A stretch of 64,000 nucleotides of DNA from Isurus oxyrinchus. Taxonomy: Eukaryota. The stretch lies in the NCBI GenBank assembly GCA_026770705.1, contig JANJGN010000013.1:24304001-24368000 (forward strand), given 5' to 3'. Numbering within the stretch: position 1 is the stretch's first letter; every line of letters starts with the position of its first letter. Below the pieces are notes generated by a model, which made no database searches, was not told the origin of the DNA, and worked only from the letters and a program-made list of their open reading frames with translations. A program made the translations under genes and the position numbers. Shown here piece by piece: positions 1 through 9,589 of this stretch.

Positions 1-1283
1 ACTAGATGTGGCAGGACTGCAGAGCCTAGATCTGATCTGTTGGTTGTGGGATTGCTTAGCTCTATCACTTGCTGCTTATGCTGTTTGGCATGCAAGTAAT
101 CCTGTTTTATAGCTTCACCAGGTTGACATCTCATTTTTAGGTATGCCTGGTGTTGCTCCTGGCATGCCCTCCTGCACTCTTCATTGAACCAGGGTTGATC
201 CCCTGGCTTGATTGTAATGGTAGAGTGGGGGATATGCTGGGCCATGAGGTTACAGATTATGTTCAAGTACAATTCTGCTGCTGCTGATGGCCCACAGCGC
301 CTCATGGATGCCCAGTCTTGAGTTGCTAGATCTGTTTGAAATCTCCCCCATTTAGCACATTGGTAGTGCCACACAACACGATGGAGGGTATCCTCAATGT
401 GAAGGCAGGACTTCATGTCCACAATGACTGTGCGGTGGTCACTCCTACCAATACTGTCATGGACAGATGCATCTGTGACAGGCAGGTTGGTGAGGATGAG
501 GTCAAGTATGTTTTCCCCTCTTGTTGGTTCCCTGACCACCTGCCGCAGGCCCAGTCTAGCAGCTATGTCATTTAGGATTTGGCCAGCTCAGTCAGTAGTG
601 GTGCTAACGAGCCACTCTTGGTGATGGACATTGAAGTCCCCCACCCAGAGAACATTCTGTGCCCTTGCCACCCTCAGTGCTTCCCCCAAGTGACGTTCAA
701 CATCGTGGAGCACTGATTCATCGGCTGAGGGAGGGCGCTAGGCGGTAATCAGCAGGAGGTTTCCTTGCCCATGTTTGACCTGATGCCATGAGACTTCATG
801 GGATCCGGAGTCGATGTTGAGGATTCCCAGGACAACTCCCTCCTGACTGTATACCACTGTGCCGCCACCTCTGCTGGGTCTGTCCTGCCGGTGGGACAGG
901 ACATATCCAGGGATGGTGATGGTGGAGTCTGGGACATTATCTGTAACGTATGATTCCGTAAGGATGACTATGTCAGGCTATTGCTTGACTTGTCTGTGAG
1001 ACAGCTCTCCCAATTTTGGCACTAGCCCCCAGATGTTAGTAAGGAGGACTTTGCTGGGTCAACAGGGCTGCGATTGCCTTTGTCATTTCCGGTGCCTAGG
1101 TCGATGCCGGGTGGTCTGTCTGGTTTCATTCCTTATTTGTGTCCTTGTAGCAGTTTGTTACAACTGAGTGGCTCACTAGCCCATTTCAGAAGGCACTTAA
1201 GAGCCAACCACATTGCTGTGGGTCTGGAATCACATGTAGGCCAGACCTGGTAAGGATGACAGATTTCCTTCCCTAAAGGACAT
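1..1283 (-). mobile_element. 5' portion of a non-LTR retrotransposon (APE endonuclease region plus 5' UTR), CR1/L2-group, running off the window
   Basis: Minus-strand translation gives AP-endonuclease motifs (IPGYVLSHRQDRPSRGGGTVVY, WVGDFNVHH, PTRGENILDLILTN, SDHRTV, PWFNEEC) with stops. Bases 1160-1283 match the body of the tRNA-SINE at 35864-36265. Confidence 0.8.
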
Positions 1284-1284
1284 T

Positions 1285-4200
1285 CGGGAGTGGGAGGGGA
1301 GGGATGCAGTGGTCGCGTCCAGGTTTGCACCAATGACATTGATAGGAGGTTCTGCTGAAAGAATTTGAACAGTTAGGAGCTAAGTTAAAAAGCAAAAACT
1401 CCAAAGTAATAATCTCGGGATTATTACCTGAGCCATGGCAAACTGGCATAGGGTAAATAAAGTCAAGGAGTTAAATGCGTGGCTCAAAGATTGGTGTGGG
1501 AGGAATGGGTTTCAGTTCATGGGGCAGGAGGGATCTGTTCCAGTGGGATGGGCTTCACTTGAACCATGCTGGGAACCAGTGTCCTGGCGAATCAAATAAC
1601 TAGGGCTGTAGAGAGGGCTATAAGCTAAACATTGTGGGGGAGGGTTCTGGAGAAAGGATATGTAAGCTTACAAAGCAAAAGGATATGGCAGTTTTGCAGG
1701 GCAGCTATTTAGGTAATGATACCCAGATTGTGACAGGAAGAGACAGTGTACAAACATTTTTTAAAAAGCAGCAAATAGGATCAAACGGGAAAAATGGTAA
1801 AAAGGCAAATTAATGGCTCTTGACTTAAATGCACGTCATATTCGGAACAAAATAAATGAATTAACAGCACAAATAGAGGTTAATGGGTATGATCTTATAG
1901 CTATTACAGAGTCATGGTTACAAGGAGATCAAAGCTGGGAACTAAACGTTCAGGGGTATGTGACTTTTCAAAAGGACAGGCAGGAAGGAAAAGGTGGTGG
2001 GGTACCTTTGTTAGTATGAGATGGAGTAGTACGACAGCAAGAAATTATCTTGGATTGGAAGATGTAGAATTCATATGGGTGGAGGTAAGAAATAACAAGG
2101 GGAAGAAGACACTGGTGGGAGTAGTCTATAGGCCCCCTAACAGTAGCTATAATGTAGGACAGAAAATAAATCAGGAGGTAGTGAGGGCATGCAAAAAAGG
2201 CAGTACATTAATCATGGGTGACTTTAATCTTCATGGAAAAATCAAATTGGCAGGGGTAGCCATGAGCAAGAATTCATAGAGTGTATTCGGGATAATTTCC
2301 TAGAATATGTTGTGGATCCAATCAGGGATCAGGCTATTTTAGATCTGGTAATGTGTAATGAGGCAGGTTTAATAAATGATCTCAGAATAAGATCCCCTAG
2401 GAAATAGTGACCATAACATGGTAGAATTTAATATTCAGCTTGAGACTGAGAAACTTGGATCGGAAAAAACTGTGCTAGACTTAAGTAACGGTAATTACAA
2501 ATGAATGAGGGCAGAGTTGATTGCAGTGGACTGGGAAAGGAGTTTAACAGAAAAGACAGTTGAAGAACAATGGCAGACATTTTAGAAAACAGTTCATGAC
2601 TTATAACAAAGATATATCCTAGTGAGGTAGAAGGATTCTAGGAAGGGGATAAACCAATCATGGTTAACCAAGGAACTTGAGGAGAGTATCAAATTGAAAG
2701 AAAAACAACATACAACATGGCAAAGATTAGTGGGAAGCCAAAGGATTGGGAAAGTTTTAAAAATCAACAAAAGATGACCAAAAAAATAAAGAGGGAGAAA
2801 ATAAATTTTGAGGGTAAACTAGCCAGTAATATAAAAACAGACAGTAGGAGTTTCTTTAAATGTATAAAAAGGAAGAGAGAGGCCAAAGTGAGCATAAGCC
2901 CCTTAGAGAACAAGGCTGGGGAAATAATAATGGAGAACTAGGAAATGGCAAAGAAATTGAATAAATACTTTGCATCAGTCTTCATGGTCAAAGACACTAA
3001 TAGCATTCCAAAAATACTAAATAATCAAGTGGCAAAAGGGGTGGAGGAAATAAATACAATAACTATTACTAGAGAAAAAGTACTAGGGAAACTAATGGGG
3101 CCAAAGGCCGATAAATCCCCTGGACCTGATGGGTTGCATCCTAGGATATTAAAGGAAGTAGCTACAGGGATAGTGGGTGCATTGGTAGTAATCTTCCAAG
3201 AATCCTTAGATTTTGGAAAAGTCGCAGAGGACTGGAAAACTGCCAATGTAACACCTTTATTCAAAAAGGGAGGGATACAAAAACAGGTAACTATAGGCCA
3301 GTTAGCTTAATATCTGTCATTAGAAAAATATTAGAGTCTATTATAAAAGATGTAATAGCAGGGCATTTAGAAATGTATAATATAATCAGGCAGAGTCAGC
3401 ATGGATTCATGAAGGGGAAATCAAGCCTGACAAATTTATTAGAATTCTTTGAGGCGGTAACAAGCAGAATAGATAAAGGGGAACCAGTAGATGTAATATA
3501 TTTGGATTTCCAAAAGGCGTTCGATGAGGTGCCACACATACGGCTACTTAATAAGATCAGAGCCCATGGTGTTGGGGATAGTGCATTAGCATGGATAGAG
3601 GATTGGTTAACTGTTAGAAGACAGAGAGTTGGAATAAGGGTGGCATTTTCAAGATTGGAACCTGTAACTAGTGGAGTACCACAGGAATCAGTCCTGGGGC
3701 CACAATTATTTACAATATGTATTGATAACTTGGATGAGGGAAGTGACTGTACTATCACCAAGTTTGCAGATGGCACAAAAATAGGTGGGAAGGCAAGCAG
3801 TGAGGATGACACAAAGAGTAATGGCTGTAAGATCATACAAATTAACCTCTATTTGTAACATTAATGCATTTATTTTATTCCAAATACTATGTGCATTTAA
3901 GTCAAGAGCCATTAATTTTGCATTTTTACCATTTTTCCCCTTCTTCCTATTTGCTGCTTTTTAAAAATGTTTGTACACTCTGTCCCTTCCTGGTTAAGTG
4001 AGTGCGCAACAACTTGGCAGATGGAATATAATATGAGAAAATGTGAGATTATGCACTTTACAGAATAAAGGAGCTGAATATTATTTAAATAGATAAAGAC
4101 TACAGAAAGTTGCAGCACAGAGGGATTTGGGGGTCTTCATGCATGAATCCCAAAAAGTTAGCATACCAGTTCAGCAGGTAATCGGGAAGGCAAATGGAAT

Positions 4201-4839
4201 GTTGGCTTTTATTTCAAAGGGAATGGAGTATAAAAATAGGAAAGTCTTGCTAAAACTATATAAGGCACTAGTTAGACCACGCCTAGAATACTGTGAACAG
4301 TTTTGGTCCCCTTATCTAAGGAAAGATATCCTGGCATTGGAGGCAGTCCAGAAAATGTTCACTAAGTTGATCTCAAGTAAGGAGGGATTTTCTTATGAGG
4401 AGAGGTTGAGTAGGTTGGCACTGTGCTCATTGGAATTTAAAAGAATGAGAGACAACCTTATTTAAACATGTAAGATTCTTAGGGGGCTTGACAGGGTAGA
4501 TGCTGAGAGGTTGTTTCCTCTTGTGGGAGAGTCTAGTACTAGAGGGCATAATCTCAGAGTAAGGGGTTACCCATTTAAGACAGAGATGAGGTGGAATTTC
4601 TTCTCTCAGAGGGTACTTAATCTGTGGAATTCTTTACCATAGAGGGCTGTAGAAGCTGGATCATTAGGTATATTTAAGGCTGAGATGGACAGATTTTTAA
4701 TCAGTAAGGGAATCATGGGTTAAGGGGAAAAGGCAGGAAAGTGGAGTTGAGGATAATCAGGTCAGCCATGATCTCACTGAATGGCAGAGCAGACTCAATG
4801 GGCCGAATAACCTACTTAGGCTCCTAAGTCTTATGGTCT
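1285..4839 (+). mobile_element. Decayed near-full-length CR1 LINE (ORF1 esterase-like C-terminus, ORF2 endonuclease and RT, 3' tail)
   Basis: ORF1-like LGAKLKSKNSKVIISGLLP. EN motifs LNARHIRNK, YDLIAITESW, VYRPPNS, MGDFN. RT motifs KSPGPDGLHP, QHGFMKGKS, YLDFQKAFD, SGVPQESVLGP, KFADGTK. C-terminal LVRPRLEYC. Tail ...GCTCCTAAGTCTTATGGTCT. Many frameshifts and stops. Confidence 0.95.
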
Positions 4840-5439
4840 CAGTTCCTCCACCTGTCGCATCTGTTCACCCCTTCCCCTCCCTCCCAGAATCAAGATAGGG
4901 TCAACCTTGTCCTCACTTTTCACCCCACCAGCCTCTACATTCAAAGGATCATCCTCCACCATTTCCCCTCAAATCCCCCTTTCAACATTCTGTTCCCACT
5001 GCGACATCCTGGTCCACTCCTCCATCACCCCTAACTCCTCATCCCCTTTCCATGTAATTGCAGAAGGTGCAACACCTGCCTCTTTACCTCCTCCTTCCTC
5101 ACCGTCCAAGGCCCCAAACATTCCTTTCAAGTGAAGTAGTGCTCCACTTGCACCTGCTTCAATTTGGTCTACTGCACTCGCTGCTCCCAATGTGTTCTCC
5201 TGTACACTGGGGAGACTAAATGCAGACTGGGTGAGCGCTTTGTGGAATACCTTCACTCAGTCCGCAAACATGACCCCAGACCTTCCTGTCGCTTGCCATT
5301 TCAACACACCACCCTGCTCTCATACCCACATGTCTGTCCTTTGCCTGTTGCAATGTTTCAGTGAAACCCAGTGCAAAGTAGAGGAACATCACCCCATCTT
5401 CCGATTAGGCATCTTATAGCTTTCCGGACTTAACACTGA

Positions 5440-5899
5440 ATCACAGAATCACACACTGTAGAAGAGGCCCTTCGGCCCATCGAGTCTGCACCGACACTTG
5501 AGAAACACCTGACCTAGCTAGCTAATCCCATGTACCAGCACTTGGCCCATAGCCTTGAATGTTATGATGTGCCAAGTGCTCATCCAGGAACTTTTTAAAG
5601 GATGTGAGGCAACCTGCCTCTACCACCCTCCCAGGCAGCGCATTCCAGACTGTCACCACCCTCTGGGTAAAAAAGTTTTCCCTCATATCCCCCCTAAACC
5701 TCCTGCCCCTCACCTTGGACTTATGTCCCCTTGTGACTGACCCTTCAACTAAGGGGAACAGCTGCTCCCTAACCACCCTGACCATGCCCCCTCATAATCT
5801 TGTACACCTCGATCAGGTCACCCCTCAGTCTTCTCTGCTCCAACGAAAACAACCCAAGTCTATCCAACCTCTCTTCGTAACTTAAATGTTTCATCCCAG
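5440..5899 (-). mobile_element. CR1 3' fragment inserted in the Penelope element
   Basis: ORF 5522-5785(-) LFPLVEGSVTRGHKSKVRGRRFRGDMRENFFTQRVVTVWNALP is the typical CR1 ORF2 C-terminus. The host sequence ACTGAA...CAACAACTTCAG resumes on either side. Confidence 0.9.
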
Positions 5900-6259
5900 G
5901 CAACAACTTCAGGTCATGAACTCTCTCCTCCCTTTTTTAATCAAATTGTTTTTTTTATCTTAATTTTAATTTCTTTTATTTACTCTGTCTTTATCCTTTA
6001 CCAACAACCCCCCGGAGCCATCTGTCACTGGTTTCTGTATTGCGCTTTCACAGAGCGCTGACCCTTGTTCTGCTATTAACACATTCTGCTTTTACCTTTA
6101 TGCCATGTTCAGCACCTTCTTTAGTCTTTACCACTATCATTAACACTCCCTTTGTCTTGTGTCCATTACATCTTTGTCAATATCTCCTGAGCTCCTACCT
6201 ATCGCTGATCTTCTATTTTGTTCCCCGATTCCCGCCCTTAAACAGTACAAAATCTCTTT

Positions 6260-6298
6260 AGCTCTGAAGACTGGTCATACCGACTCGAAATGTTAATT
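6260..6298 (+). ncRNA. Degenerate minimal hammerhead ribozyme motif in the Penelope pseudo-LTR
   Basis: CTGAAGA at 6264-6270, short hairpin GTC..GAC, GAAA at 6287-6290, then TGTT. Stems are partly decayed. Confidence 0.5.
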
Positions 6299-6533
6299 CT
6301 GTTTCTCTCTCCACAGATGCTTCCAGACTACCAGACCTGCTGAGTTTTTCCAGCATTTTTTGTTTTTACGTCAGATTTTCAACATCCGCAGTATTTTGCT
6401 TTCATGACATTTCAAATTTCCCGGCCTTCAGCCTTTGCGCCTGCGCAGTGTCCCCAGACCCTCCCGCTGTCCGCCAAGATTCCGGTCGTTCGCTGCTCCT
6501 TCAGTGACGTCATCTGGTAGTCCAGTTCCCAGA

Positions 6534-6649
6534 AGGCGCTGGCCGGCCGGATGTGGCGGTTGCTGAGGCGCTGACCGGCCGGATGTGGCGGTTGCTGAGG
6601 CGCTCCCCAGCCGGCCGGATGTGGCGGTTGCTGAGGCGTTGGCCGGCCG
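6534..6649 (+). repeat. GC-rich tandem repeat, about 3.5 copies of a 32-36 nt unit (CCGGCCGGATGTGGCGGTTGCTGAGGCG)
   Basis: Identical 28-nt cores with ATGs at 6551, 6583 and 6619. Confidence 0.95.
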
Positions 6650-6654
6650 TTGCC

Positions 6655-6960
6655 ATGTCGTCTGGCGGTGAGGCCCTGCTGCTGTCGATGGATTTTGAAG
6701 TGTTTGGGAAGGTGCAGGGAGTTTTCTTTCGGAAGCACACGCAGAAAGAGGCCAAGAGGTTGGGCCTGGCCGGCTGGGTGGAGAACACGGCGGAGGGGAC
6801 GGTGCGGGGCCAGCTGCAGGGAGCCGAGGAGCAGGTCCGGGCGATGCAGACCTGGCTCCGCCACACCGGCAGCCCCAAGTCCCAGATAGACAAAGCCGAG
6901 TTCAACAACCAGAAGAAAATTCAGCACCGGGAATACTCGGACTTCCAGATCATCAAGTAA
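6655..6960 (+). CDS. ACYP1: Acylphosphatase (ACYP1-like), single coding exon, 101 aa; possible N-terminal extension from ATG 6583 or 6619
   Basis: MSSGGEALLLSMDFEVFGKVQGVFFRKHTQ...GWVENTAEGTVRGQLQG...GSPKSQIDKAEFNN...YSDFQIIK. Phosphate-loop GxVQGVxFR (catalytic Arg) and catalytic Asn are intact. Resembles vertebrate ACYP1 (KHTQ, GSPKS, YSDFQI). GCCATG start context. Confidence 0.95.
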   Translation: MSSGGEALLLSMDFEVFGKVQGVFFRKHTQKEAKRLGLAGWVENTAEGTVRGQLQGAEEQVRAMQTWLRHTGSPKSQIDKAEFNNQKKIQHREYSDFQIIK

Positions 6961-8314
6961 CCGGCGACGGCTGATCAGACACCCTGCGGCCGGGGTGGGC
7001 GGCGGCTCCGGTTTCTCCTCCCAGTCCCGACTAGGTGTTTGGCTCCGGAGGGGAAGTGAGCGTTTTCCCGGTTCCCCGTCCCGCTCTGGCTGCTGCTGCT
7101 TCGGCTGGGCTCTGCCCGACCTGATTCCACCCGGGACATTTATAATGGAAACAGAAACCGCCATCTCATACCAGTTTCCTCGTGCATTCAGTTTCTCTCC
7201 AAAGTTTGTTGATAATTTCACACGGATGTTCAAGATCTAATGTTGAGATTGTTGGCGCTCTGTGTTACCTTGTTATATTTCAAGCAGGTCCCAATTTGTT
7301 CAGTGCTTTTTGTTTTACCGTTGTTCTTGCGTTTTTGTGTTAGCGGAGTCGATGCCCAAGTGGCTGTTCTGGCTCCTGCCACCATGGACAGATCCTTCAG
7401 GGAGTCTACAAGCTAGTGGATCTCCTAACTTTATTACAATGAAGTGAGCTTCATTCAAACGGACTCGGACGTGTCCGTAACCTCACGGTTTCTTATTTAT
7501 TGCAAGATTTGTGTTGTTTGTTTGACTTGTCACATTGAAAGAGTACTACTGTAGATAAAATAGCGAGTTTTTTTTTATTTCAAATGGAAACCACGCTTCA
7601 GTTTTTTTCATTATTTTTACGTTATTTCAACTCGAATGTAAATGCTAATATGAAATAGCACTTATATAAAATTGTTCAAAGTTGGAGTGCCAACTTCCTT
7701 CAGTTGTAAACCCTCACCTCTTAAGTATATTGCTAAGCTGATAACTTGGCACCACAATGTATTTCGTGCAGGAATGCGTGTTAATAACCAATGTGTTAGT
7801 ACAATAAATCTAAATATTGCATAATTGTAAGTGCTGCCCTCGGTGTGCGATTTTAAACTCACGCTCTTTCTCTCGGTTCCTGCACTTCAGGAGGATGTCA
7901 AAACATCCCATTAGCACTAACTCAGTGAGGACTACGAAGGAGTTCTGGTGCCAAGTGATACATTCATCCTCCATGAACTGATTTATTCATCCACTTTGTT
8001 AGTGACAAAGTGCCCTGTGCAGAATAGTTGTCATATTTACTCATGGTAGCAACCACTTCAAAATAATTCATTGTATGTGAAGTGGCCTCCTTTGAGATAT
8101 TTAAGTCATGCTCCAGATTAAATATTCCTTTGGGTCTGTTGCAATTAAAATGTGACTTTCTTGCAAAATTTTATGTTAAACCGTGTAACAAAATTGATTT
8201 AGCAACGTTAACATTTTTTTAAATGAAATGCTGCATTAAACATTCTGAACCATAGTATTTCTGTGCTTGAGTCCTTTGTGTGTTTGAAGCAAGAGTTCTG
8301 GGAGAACTTCCTTT

Positions 8315-9045
8315 ACTTGTTTGTGGGATGTGGACATCACTGGCTAGGCCAGCACTGCCCATCCTTTATTGCCCTTGGGAAGGTGCTGGTGATCTGCCTT
8401 CTTGAACCGCTGGAGTCCATGTGGTGTAGAAACACCCAGACTGCTGTGTGGAGGGAGTTCCAGGATTTTGACCCAGGGACCGTGAAGGAACGGTAATATA
8501 TTTCCAAGTCAGGATGGTGAGTGATTTGGAGGGGAACTTGCAGGTTGTGGTGTTCCCGTGTGTCTGCTGTCCTCGTTTTTCTAGGTGGTAGAGGTCACAG
8601 GTTTGGAAGGTGCCTTGGTGAGTTGCTGCAGTGCATTTTTGTCCTGGATGGTGTCAAGCTTCTTGAGTGTTGAAGCTGCACTCATTCAGGCAAGTGAAGA
8701 GTATTCCGTCACACTCCTGACTTGTGCCTTGTAGATGGTGGACAGGCTTTGGGGCATCAGGAGGTGAGTTCTCTGCAGAATTCCTTGCCTCTGACCTGGC
8801 TTGTAGCCACAGTTTTCCACAATGTTTGTATGGCTAGTTCAGTTTCTGGTAAATGGTAACCCCCAGGATGTTGATAGTGGGGGATTCAGTGATGGTAATA
8901 CCATAGAATGTCAAGGGCCAATGATTGGATTCTTTCTTGTTGGAGATGTCCAGTACCTGGCACTTGGGAGGTGTGAATGTTACTTTTCACTTAGTCCAAG
9001 TCTGAATATCATCCAGGTCTTGCTGCATATGGGCACAGACTGTTG
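8315..9045 (-). mobile_element. 3' end fragment of a CR1/L2-group LINE whose tail is shared with the local tRNA-SINE
   Basis: Minus strand ends ...GCGGTTCAAGAAGGCAG...AAGGGCAATAAAGGATGGGCAG...GGCCTAGCCAGTGATGTCCACATCCCAC, matching the SINE tails near 35870-35930 and 49980-50040. Confidence 0.7.
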
Positions 9046-9589
9046 AACCAAATGGGATTCCCAAGGGCATAAGACATCATTACTGTCTGAAAGCTCCTGG
9101 ACTTGAGCCTAATTCTCAGAAATAACCTATAAACAATTTCACTGTCACATGGCTGCAGTTGCAAATGTTCGTCTGAAATTGGGTTTATAGCTCTAGCTGC
9201 TTACTTGGGCTTCTGATTTTAGTTCTCTGGGACAACTTTCAACTTAAATGCCAGTTTTACCTCCAAAAAATAAGCCATTAAGGCACTGAGAGTTGGGTCT
9301 TGACCTCGCACACCTATTTCATGCATAGAATTTGTTCATTTAGTATCAGGTGTCCTTTGTACCTGTCTGAGATTGGCAGATGCCTATTTAAACATTAATT
9401 AGGGTTCTATGCTTATTTAATGGCTCAAAAACCTTTTTCATTTTTAAATCAGTCACAAAAATCACGAGTAGAGATAGTGGAAATAAAAAGCAGGAGAGAT
9501 GTAAAATGAGCTGCAATTGTTTTACACTTGCACAAAGTCAAAATCACTGATCCTGAGTGAGATCCTCTTGAACATTTTAGAACTTTTAG

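Larger units (their letters stand above)
4842..6402 (+). mobile_element. 5'-truncated Penelope-like element (GIY-YIG endonuclease end plus pseudo-LTR), interrupted by a CR1 fragment
   Basis: VYCTRCSQCVLLYTGETKCRLGERFVEYLHSV is a GIY-YIG motif. 3' region is homologous to 54830-55147 and 56980-57565. Ends in the shared hammerhead-bearing tail at 6260-6402. Confidence 0.85.
6420..7140 (+). promoter_or_regulatory. CpG island promoter with NRF1-like site (6436-6447), palindromic CRE (6505-6512), ZNF143/STAT-like TTCCCAGAA and three ETS-like CCGGATGT sites
   Basis: Sharp rise in GC and CpG relative to the flanks. TGCGCCTGCGCA, TGACGTCA and CCGGATGT x3 are read directly from the sequence. Confidence 0.7.

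Noticed and set aside
3396-3836. Antisense ORFs over the CR1 RT (also 3025-3264 and 44576-44824)
   Set aside because: These are open frames on the opposite strand of LINE ORF2, not independent genes.
6412-7233. 273-aa minus-strand ORF overlapping ACYP
   Set aside because: It is the antisense shadow of a GC-rich CpG island, the ACYP CDS and the tandem repeat. It has a non-ATG start and no recognisable domain.
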